A stretch of DNA of 27,639 bases. It comes from an uncultured archaeon. Its GTDB lineage: Archaea > Asgardarchaeota > Lokiarchaeia > Sigyniarchaeales > SOKP01. Both the position numbers and the translations under genes were made by a program. The first letter of the stretch is position 1, and each line of letters opens with the position of its first letter. Positions 1 through 8,322 of this stretch are shown here, piece after piece. Where the stretch lies: the NCBI GenBank assembly GCA_964525635.1, contig CAZGJX010000054.1, positions 1-27,639 of the forward strand, in the 5' to 3' direction. A model generated the notes under the pieces. That model was given only the letters and a program-made list of their open reading frames with translations. It was not told where the DNA came from and searched no databases.

Positions 1-86
1 TCTTTAAATATATGTAAGATATATGTTATTATAATTAACATATAATAAAAAACAATTCCTATAAAAATTAAAAAAAAAGTGGAGGA

Positions 87-308
87 ATGATTAAAATGGC
101 AGGAGAATATATTAGTTGGAGCCCAATTAGAAGATTAATGAAACATAATGGTGCTGAAATTGTAGCTAGAGATGCTGTAGACGAATTAGTTAATTTTTTA
201 GAAAAGAGTGCTGAAAAACTTACAAAAACATCACTCAGATTAACAAAACACGCTAATCGAAAGAAAGTAACTCGAGATGACATCCTTTTAGCAATTAAGT
301 ATTTATAA
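87..308 (+). CDS. Archaeal histone (HMf/histone-fold family); the true start may be ATG at 96
   Basis: PIRRLMK...ARDAVDEL...HANRKKVTRDDILLA matches the histone-fold signature (A-x-R-K-T/K-V-x-x-x-D-I). Confidence 0.93.
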   Translation: MIKMAGEYISWSPIRRLMKHNGAEIVARDAVDELVNFLEKSAEKLTKTSLRLTKHANRKKVTRDDILLAIKYL

Positions 309-641
309 ACTTCTTAAATTGGCTTAAAATAGGGAATTTTTTAATTATTATAATAAATATTTTTTTTTTATTTTTTCAATATCCAACATATACTATAACA
401 TTTCATCGAATTAATTAAATCGTTTATTATATAAACTTAAATTTTAAATAAAGAATAATACATTAAGATTTTTCAAGATATCACGATAGAAATTTCTATT
501 TTTGATATCCTATCTTAAATATTATAAAAAATATGAAATATAAGCTTATATTCAAATAATCTTAAACATATTCGGATATAGAGTGATAACCTTATTAACG
601 ATTGTAATAATTAGGATTTAATATAATTTTAATGATGAAAA

Positions 642-1550
642 ATGACAGTTGAAGATCAATTCCACCCTAAATTAGGTATTTTATATGGTATTGATCCAAA
701 AATTGAACAATTAGCAAAGAAATTTGTTGGACATCTAAATAATAATGGTTTTTGTAATGCCTGTGAAGAATTGGAACAAAAAGTAATATGTAGTAATTGT
801 AGAGAAAACTTAGAGAGTTTTGCTAATAATATATATTTCTATAAAGGGATTACAGATAATATCCCACAATATATTGATAATCCTGAAATATACTTTCCTA
901 AAGATTTTCCATCATTAGACTATTTAGTTATTTTTGGTATTCATCGAGATTTATTAGTAGGTCTTCCTGAATATTTAAGAGATAAAAATATAAAAGCAGT
1001 TATTATTCCTATAGAAGATCCAAGATGGGTTCCTCCAGGATTACAAAAACAAGTATTAGATGGATTTGAGAGATGGGGAATCCAAGCCGTTTTTCCAAAA
1101 CCCTTTTGTACTTTAAATATACAAGAAGATGAACATAATAAAATTGGATTCAACATAACAAAAAGATTCAATCATATCATAGGTTTCATTAATTATTTTA
1201 AAATTGGACGTCCAAAAATTTCTTTAAAATTAAGTGAGAATGGAAGAGCTATAGAGGAATCATCTATTATTAGGAGTGCTCCTTGTGGATCTACTTATTA
1301 TATCATTCAGCAATTAAAAAGAAAATATATTAAGAATGGAGGGTTAGATCTATCATTATTATATGAAAATATTAGTAAAGCACATAGTTCTTATCCATGT
1401 GTGGCATCAATGCAAAAAGATCATATATTAAATGATTCAATATTCTGTATAGGGGATAATTTGATTAAAAGTGAAATTTTAAATGCTTTAGATCATGAAA
1501 GAGTTAATAAATATAAATCAAGTTGTTTAGTTAATCCTCATTTTTCTTAA
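642..1550 (+). CDS. DUF166-like archaeal protein
   Basis: Motifs PKPFCTL, RSAPCGSTYY and HSSYPCVASM recalled from DUF166 proteins. Confidence 0.7.
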   Translation: MTVEDQFHPKLGILYGIDPKIEQLAKKFVGHLNNNGFCNACEELEQKVICSNCRENLESFANNIYFYKGITDNIPQYIDNPEIYFPKDFPSLDYLVIFGIHRDLLVGLPEYLRDKNIKAVIIPIEDPRWVPPGLQKQVLDGFERWGIQAVFPKPFCTLNIQEDEHNKIGFNITKRFNHIIGFINYFKIGRPKISLKLSENGRAIEESSIIRSAPCGSTYYIIQQLKRKYIKNGGLDLSLLYENISKAHSSYPCVASMQKDHILNDSIFCIGDNLIKSEILNALDHERVNKYKSSCLVNPHFS

Positions 1551-1712
1551 TTTGACCAAAATCAGACATTTACTTTACATAGATATTTATTTATCTACTC
1601 TTCATTACTTTTATTGTTAGATTTTAGTATAAAATTAAAATTATTTCAGATGACTAAAAAATTTTAGAATTAATACTACAGATCTTTATGATGATAAATT
1701 TTAATAAAGATA

Positions 1713-2708
1713 TTACCAAATAATTTGTTCTAGAGTGCAATTTTGACATTTAACTGCATTTCCTTGTTCTGGAAATCTAGGTAAAACAGTTCCACAAGCT
1801 TTACATTCAAGATTATAAAGGTCATCAATAGAATCAATGATACTCATTCTAAGTAAAAAATCAGTAAATTCTGAAGATAACATAATTAAAAGAGATATAA
1901 TTACATTCATATTATTACAAGAGATTATCCATTCTATTTTATTCTCCTTTATCTGACCAACAACTAAAAGATCACTGTTTGTTTCTAAATCAGTACCAAA
2001 ATACCACATTATTCTCTTTTTATTGTCCTTAGTTATATATTGGAGATTATTAGCTCTCAAAATCGCCTCAAGATTATTAAAAATATGATTATAATCCAAA
2101 TTTTTTTTGATTCCAATACCATAACTTCTTATCGCTTTTTTAATTTCAGGATTTTTTATAAATTCAGCTATTTCAGAACTTGGAATAATTTTTGGTTGTA
2201 ATGAAAGCTTATTTATTTTTATTTGTAAAGGTTCTGAATCAATAACTCTTATATATCCATTTAGATTAACAAATACTGAAAAAGTTTTGATTTCTCCTTT
2301 ATTTAATATATTTATATGTGGAGTAAAAAATAATACAATCTCCTTTCTATTATGGCCTTTTATATTTTCAAATTCTATTTTAATTTTATCAATATTCGCG
2401 ACATCATCAGACTCTACTTTTGTTATAGTTGGTGGCATCGATCTTGTAAGATCTAAGAAATTTGGATATTCTATCTTAATTTTAATATCATTAATAGGTG
2501 CAGCACTTTCATTAATTAATATGCTTGTATATTTATATTTACCTAGGTAAGTTGTGAGTTCTGTAGATAGTTTAATTTTATATTCTTGATCAATTTCTTC
2601 AGAGATTTTAGGTTTTTCTTCAATATCTTTTGTATCTAATTCGACATCATTAAAGAACACCAAATCTTTGACTTTATTATCTTCATAATTCTCTTTTTTA
2701 TAGTCCAT
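1713..2708 (-). CDS. Hypothetical protein with C-terminal Zn-ribbon
   Basis: Long ORF with CKAC...CQNC near the C-terminus. Start moved to ATG 2708 (MDYKKE), which has GGAG upstream. Confidence 0.75.
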   Translation of the reverse strand: MDYKKENYEDNKVKDLVFFNDVELDTKDIEEKPKISEEIDQEYKIKLSTELTTYLGKYKYTSILINESAAPINDIKIKIEYPNFLDLTRSMPPTITKVESDDVANIDKIKIEFENIKGHNRKEIVLFFTPHINILNKGEIKTFSVFVNLNGYIRVIDSEPLQIKINKLSLQPKIIPSSEIAEFIKNPEIKKAIRSYGIGIKKNLDYNHIFNNLEAILRANNLQYITKDNKKRIMWYFGTDLETNSDLLVVGQIKENKIEWIISCNNMNVIISLLIMLSSEFTDFLLRMSIIDSIDDLYNLECKACGTVLPRFPEQGNAVKCQNCTLEQIIW

Positions 2709-2864
2709 ATGATTTATCTCCGCGTGAAGATCGCCAATATAGGTTAAAATGCAATTTGATAATACTTTTATCAATAATTGTAGGAATATTTATTAAATCT
2801 TTTCATATAAATATTTCTTTTTTATGTAATTTTTTATTAAAAAATAATGATTATACATAATTGA

Positions 2865-3533
2865 ATGTTAGATAGACTAAACGAATTATTTGAAAGTAAT
2901 ACTATAAAACCTACATTTGATTATGTTCATATAATCTTAGCTTTAATTATTTTTGGGAAAAATCCCGAGGGAATTGGTCGTTATAGATTACAAAAGGATT
3001 TAATGATTGGTTCTGGCACAGCACGCTCATTAATTAGAAAATTGAATGAGGTTGGTAAATATATTACTGTCTTAGATCAAAATAAACGTAGGGGTCATGT
3101 ATTAACAATTAAGGGATTAGAATTTTTAAAGCAAATTAAAAAACACATACCATTATTGGAAAAAGGAGATTTGACTATTTTAAAGGGTATTATTATAGAG
3201 TATAAAAACATATATGCATATTATTGTTTGATTAAAAAAGCTAAAAAAAATCTAAAGAGTGGAATAGAACAAAGAGATGCTGCAATGAAGATAAATGGTT
3301 CAGGAGCTACATGTCTATTATATGATGGAAAAAATTTAAAACTTCCTGCCAGTCCTTTCTTAGAAAGGGTTGAAGATTTGAATTTAAATGAAAAGATTCA
3401 AAATTATTTTAAAATAAGAATAAGTGATAATAACGCAGAATTGGAAGAAGGTGATGTAATAATCATAGGATTAGGTGTTTCTGATGAAAAAGCTAGATTA
3501 GCTGCATTAAATTCTGCATTAACCCTAATTTAA
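2865..3533 (+). CDS. Winged-HTH / DUF4443-like protein
   Basis: IGRYRLQKDLMIGSGTARSLIRKL (wHTH) and SGIEQRDAAMKINGSGAT. Confidence 0.7.
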   Translation: MLDRLNELFESNTIKPTFDYVHIILALIIFGKNPEGIGRYRLQKDLMIGSGTARSLIRKLNEVGKYITVLDQNKRRGHVLTIKGLEFLKQIKKHIPLLEKGDLTILKGIIIEYKNIYAYYCLIKKAKKNLKSGIEQRDAAMKINGSGATCLLYDGKNLKLPASPFLERVEDLNLNEKIQNYFKIRISDNNAELEEGDVIIIGLGVSDEKARLAALNSALTLI

Positions 3534-3578
3534 TCTACTCCTATTAAAGTAGTAGAGAAAAAAAGAAGAGAAATCATC

Positions 3579-4064
3579 ATGAAATTTGAAAAAGATATTT
3601 ATTTAGTATTCTCAAACCATATAATTGAGCAAATGATTCAATGTGTTAATAAAGCTTATCCAAATGAAGCATGTGGATTGTTATTTGGAGAAAAACAAGA
3701 AAAAATAAAAAAAGAAGAAGTTGATTATTATTATGAATATATTGGAAAAAAATTTATATGTATTGAGTCAGATGAAAAAAGTCCAATAGGTTTTCTAATA
3801 AAAAATGAAGAAAATTTAAACAAAATATTCATTGAATCATATAAAGAACTTAATATGAAATTAATTAGCATTTTTCATTCCCATCCATCTGGAAATCATC
3901 CAAGTCGAATAGATTTAAAAAATATGAAAATATTGGACAAGAGCAATTTAAAATCATTTAAGTATACCATTTGGTCCATTATGGATGGAAAAGATAAATC
4001 AATGAATGCTTTTATGTATTGTAATAATGAACTAGTTCAAATAAATACTGAAGAGTTAATTTAA
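3579..4064 (+). CDS. JAMM/MPN+ (Mov34) metalloprotease
   Basis: PNEACGLL plus FHSHPSGNHPSRIDL, i.e. the JAMM motif E...HxH...SxxD. Confidence 0.9.
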   Translation: MKFEKDIYLVFSNHIIEQMIQCVNKAYPNEACGLLFGEKQEKIKKEEVDYYYEYIGKKFICIESDEKSPIGFLIKNEENLNKIFIESYKELNMKLISIFHSHPSGNHPSRIDLKNMKILDKSNLKSFKYTIWSIMDGKDKSMNAFMYCNNELVQINTEELI

Positions 4065-4101
4065 GAATAAAATATCCAAATTAAGAATAAAAAATTAGTT
4101 A

Positions 4102-4740
4102 TTATTCAATTTTTTGAAATCCATCTTTATCAATAACACATATTTGAAGTTTAAAGCCAGAAGCTGCATCTCTTTCACGAGAACTTGAAATAGCTGTCTT
4201 TATTAGATTAACTGCTGCCTCTTTAGACATGTTAGGTTTCCAATCCGCTTCTAAAACACCTAAAGAAAAAGGAGATCCAGAACCAAATGAGATAAATTTT
4301 TCTTCTTCAAATAATGTTCCTAACAAGTCAATTCCATATAATTTTCCCTTAGCCTCTTTTTCTGAATATCCTCCAACAATTATCATTGAAAGAAAATAAG
4401 ACCTACCAGAGAATAGGATATTTCTAGTAATGTTAGCCATATATTTAGGTTCAGGAATCTTACCATTTTTTACTTCTCTCAATCTTGATAATGCTGTAAT
4501 TTGATCTACAACATATTGGCAGTCAGCAACACCTCCACTTATAGTGGCACATGTAAAATTATTTATTTTAAATAACTTTTTAGCTTGCTTAGTAGCGACC
4601 ATATAACCCGCTGTTGCCTGAGATTCTGTACCTATAACGACCCCATTTTTATACATAGCAGCAACTGTTGTAGTTCCAGTTTTTATTGCTTCATTTAATG
4701 TTTTTTCATCTAAATTATGTAAATTAGTATAATCTTCCAT
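4102..4740 (-). CDS. psmB: Proteasome beta subunit
   Basis: Propeptide followed by KTG|TTTV autocleavage site; GGVADCQ, GSGSPF and RDAASG. Confidence 0.95.
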   Translation of the reverse strand: MEDYTNLHNLDEKTLNEAIKTGTTTVAAMYKNGVVIGTESQATAGYMVATKQAKKLFKINNFTCATISGGVADCQYVVDQITALSRLREVKNGKIPEPKYMANITRNILFSGRSYFLSMIIVGGYSEKEAKGKLYGIDLLGTLFEEEKFISFGSGSPFSLGVLEADWKPNMSKEAAVNLIKTAISSSRERDAASGFKLQICVIDKDGFQKIE

Positions 4741-4852
4741 TATCCTTTCCTATTAAAAATAATTTTCATTAATAGTTATTATGATAATATATTATAAATT
4801 AAATATACATCTTTAATTAGTTTTTTCACTACATAATAAAAATACATTATTA

Positions 4853-4972
4853 ATGAATGAATCTCAAGTAAATGATTATATTGTATTAAAATTAGAGGAA
4901 ACAAATTATATATATTATCTCAATATCCAAGGTTATTTTAAATTCCCTCCATGGAAATCTCCTCAATCCTAA
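4853..4972 (+). pseudogene. 5' remnant of an FWGHCSN-family LRR gene
   Basis: Translates MNESQVNDYIVLKLEETNYIY..., matching the N-termini at 8323 (EFRVNDYITLKLE) and 26541 (MNEFKVNEYLTLKLE). Similarity stops after about 20 codons. Confidence 0.65.
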
Positions 4973-4984
4973 TGATACCTCTTC

Positions 4985-5131
4985 TTAGCAGATGACAATA
5001 GAATATAGATGTAACCCTACACCCTCTATCCCATCAACCTGAAAGGTATTTGGGACTGCTTTTCTTACAATATTATATCCGGCATGCACATCAGCATTAA
5101 ATATGATATTAGAAACTGTTTTAAATAGCCC
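4985..5131 (-). mobile_element. tnpB: Relic 3' end of an IS200/IS605-family tnpB
   Basis: Minus strand reads GLFKTVSNIIFNADVHAGYNIVRKAVPNTFQVDGIEGVGLHLYSIVIC*, matching the TnpB RuvC-III NADxNxAxNI motif and the DGIEGVGLHP tail. Confidence 0.8.
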
Positions 5132-5252
5132 ATATATAGTAATTTTTAATAAAGTGAAGGAAATTTAAAAAAAAATCATTTGCAATAAAAAAACTTTAAA
5201 GAAATTCTGTATTATTTACAATACTAGAAAAAATATTAGTAAGTTTTCCATC

Positions 5253-5630
5253 ATGGCTCGTAGTCAAGCTCGAAGTAAAAGAAAATACACAGGTAAAAAA
5301 TATAAAAGTTTTAGAAAAAAAAGAAAGAGAGAACTTGAAAGACCACCAATAGAAACTGAAATAGGTAAAGTAAAAAAGAAAAAACAGAGAACTATGGGTG
5401 GGAATTTTAAAATTAAATTATTCAAAAGTTCTTTTGTTAACGTAACAAATCTAAAAACAAATGAAACAAAAAAAGTAAAAATATTAAAATTTGAAGAAAA
5501 TAAAGCATCTAAAGATTTAAACAGACGTCATATTATAACAAAAGGAGCAGTTGTAGAAACAGAATTAGGTAAAGCAAGAGTAACTAGTCGTCCAGGTCAA
5601 CATGGTGTTTTAAATGCTATTCTAATTTAA
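5253..5630 (+). CDS. rps8e: 30S ribosomal protein S8e
   Basis: RKKRKRELERPP, RTMGGN, IITKGAVVETELGKARVTSRPGQHGVLNA. Confidence 0.97.
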   Translation: MARSQARSKRKYTGKKYKSFRKKRKRELERPPIETEIGKVKKKKQRTMGGNFKIKLFKSSFVNVTNLKTNETKKVKILKFEENKASKDLNRRHIITKGAVVETELGKARVTSRPGQHGVLNAILI

Positions 5631-5893
5631 TATTTATATTCTTAATTTTAATACTTGTTTTTTGAATTCCTTATTAATTAAATTGATTTTATTTCCGAAG
5701 GAAAGATTTGATTAATTCGAATAAATGAATAACTATTTAGCAATCCTCAATATTCTAATCAGAGTGTTTTTTTAACTTTTTAAGAATTTCGTTAGCATAT
5801 TTCCATCCATTATTTGGTTATGATTGTAAGAGTTTCTCATTATATCCATCCTTTATCAAGTTTTCACTACTAATTAAGACATAAAGAAATGAA

Positions 5894-6265
5894 TCATTCT
5901 TGAATTCTGATATTTTTAATATTTACTTTTTTTCCTTCTATAATTCTAGTATTCATACTATTGCATTTCTCACATTGAAATAATTGTAATCCTGTCAATT
6001 GAGATTCTTTAGTTATTTTTACATTAGAAATACTATCACAATCCATACATCTTATTTGACCAGGTATGATTTCAATATCTAATAATGCTTCTTCAACAAT
6101 GGAACCTATTGTTACTATTTTGAATGATTCCTTTAATAACTCAGGAACGATTAGGGTTAAAGCGCCAATTTCCAAAAAAACAGTAGATACTTTCTTAGCT
6201 TTATATTTATAGGCTGTTTTCTTAACTATTTCGAATATATCAGAAGCAAAAGCAAATTCGTGCAT
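5894..6265 (-). CDS. hypA: Hydrogenase nickel metallochaperone HypA
   Basis: N-terminal MHE motif and two CxxC pairs (CMDC, CEKC). Confidence 0.95.
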   Translation of the reverse strand: MHEFAFASDIFEIVKKTAYKYKAKKVSTVFLEIGALTLIVPELLKESFKIVTIGSIVEEALLDIEIIPGQIRCMDCDSISNVKITKESQLTGLQLFQCEKCNSMNTRIIEGKKVNIKNIRIQE

Positions 6266-6271
6266 CTTGAT

Positions 6272-6580
6272 TTAATTTTTACCCCGATTTTTACGTATTT
6301 GTTTTGCTAATTCTTTTATTACTTTCGATTTCTTTTTTCCCTTAGTATTAACCAAAACTCTACCAGGTTCATCCCACCAAGTTCTAGGATAATTCAGTTT
6401 TTCCTCAATTTGTACATCATAATTCAGATTTTTCGCAGCTTTAGCAATCTCTTGAATATTTATTTTTTCTAATGCTATATTCTTAGGAAGTCTTCTTCCT
6501 TCACCTCTAGATCGTTTGGCGTCAAAATATTGAGGCCAGAATATCAAAAATGGTTTTCTTGAGCGCATAAAATAGATCAA
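6272..6580 (-). CDS. srp19: Signal recognition particle 19 kDa protein (start possibly 6568)
   Basis: WPQYFDAKRSRGEGRRLPK, YPRTWW and GRVLV. Confidence 0.93.
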   Translation of the reverse strand: MIYFMRSRKPFLIFWPQYFDAKRSRGEGRRLPKNIALEKINIQEIAKAAKNLNYDVQIEEKLNYPRTWWDEPGRVLVNTKGKKKSKVIKELAKQIRKNRGKN

Positions 6581-6744
6581 TTTTATTTAATATATAATAA
6601 AAAAAGCAATACTAAATTTAAAAATTATTAAGATAAAATCAAAAAACTCATTCATTCATATTTTATAATAAATCATCTCTAAAATAATCCTACTTTCATT
6701 AATAACTAAATAATTATATTTAACAAAATCATTATGATAATCAT

Positions 6745-7988
6745 ATGAAAATCAATAAGAAATTAATAGTAGTAGCCTTATTTTTGATAATAACTATATT
6801 TAGTATATTTGGAACAGTAATAGTCTTCAAAATTCTTAAAAGTCCTAGAGAGAATATATTATTTCCGGATTTCTTTCCGTAAGTGAAAATAAAATAGTAG
6901 ACAATAATAATAAAGAGGTTATATTAAGAGGGATACAATTTGATTTTGTTTCTATAAGAGGAGATGTAAATTATAATGAAAGTGATGAAGAATTAAATGA
7001 TTTTTTTGATAATATGTTAGAATATATTGTTACTGAAGAAAATTTTATTGATGTAAAATCTATGGGAATAAATTCCATTAGATTGTCTTTAAATACATAC
7101 AAAGATTTTGAAAATAATTCACATAATTTTGGAAAATTAGATAATATAATTGAATTTGCTGAAAAAAAAAATATATATCTGATAATTAGTATGAGACAAT
7201 CACCTGGAGGACATAATCCTAGTAATCATTCAGGAAATGATGGAAAAAATGAATTATTGGATAATTATGAAGATCAACAAAGAATTATTACTTTATGGAG
7301 GACTATTGCTGATAGATATGTTAATAAATCAATTATAGCAGGATATGATTTGTTAAATGAACCATTGGCTCCTAATAGCACCATATTAAATAAGGTTTAT
7401 GGAGATATTTCCCAAGCTATAAGAGATGTGGATAAAAATCATATTTTATTTTTAGAAGGTAATAATTGGACAAAAAGTATGGATTGGGTAGATAATCCAA
7501 CAGATAATAAAACCGTATTAAGTTTCCATTTTTATGACCCCGGATCTTATGCTGTAGATGGTCAAGGCATATATCCCTCAATAATACAGGGCCAAGTATT
7601 TAATAAAGATGCTCTAAGAGAAAGATTATTAGAGAGATTAAAGTATATAAGAAATATAAATAAACCAATATTTGTTGGAGAGTTTGGCGCTGTGACCAGT
7701 GCTGAAAATTATTGAGATTATGATGAAGATGTAATTAAATTATTAGAAGAACAAAATTTGAATTGGATATATTGGAATTATAAGAACATCAAGGGGAGAA
7801 ATGATAGTCAAGCTATTTATTACACAGATTCAACAAATGAATTTCTTAAATTAATATCTGAAATAGATAATGGAAAATCAATTTCTAACTTTACTGATAA
7901 TGAAATAAACCAAGCGTTAGAATCATTAAGAACATCATATTTTAATCAAAAAGATAATCTTAGAGATCTATTAATTAGTAGTCTATAA
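6745..7988 (+). pseudogene. Membrane-anchored glycoside hydrolase family 5, disrupted
   Basis: Hydrophobic N-terminus from ATG 6745, then a frameshift near 6855 into FLSVSENKIVDNNNKEVILRGI. Catalytic LLNEP and VGEFG are present. An in-frame TGA at 7713-7715 is followed by same-frame DYDEDVIKLLEEQNLNWIYW. Confidence 0.85.
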
Positions 7989-8322
7989 TGATAATATTTT
8001 TTAAGTATATCTTTATCAGTTTTTTAATATGTAAATGTTCTATGTTGAATTATCCAATTAAATTATTTTGTTTCATGGAATATAAAGCTTTTAATGGAAG
8101 ATTATTTTAAGAGAAATATTATTATATTCAAAGACTCTAAGAAATGATCGAAATCTATTATTTAAGGATTGTATTATAGGTTTGGGACATAAAAATACTA
8201 AAGAATATAAAAAAAATCTTAAAATTCTCACGAATTGTTCGATAGAACAAATAAAAAAAATATCGATAAGATTTTATTATAAGACATTTATTAGTGATCT
8301 ACAAAGTTTTAGTTAGCCAAAT

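Noticed and set aside
5631-5893. Possible decayed gene on the minus strand between rps8e and hypA
   Set aside because: Multiple stops and no family I can recognise.
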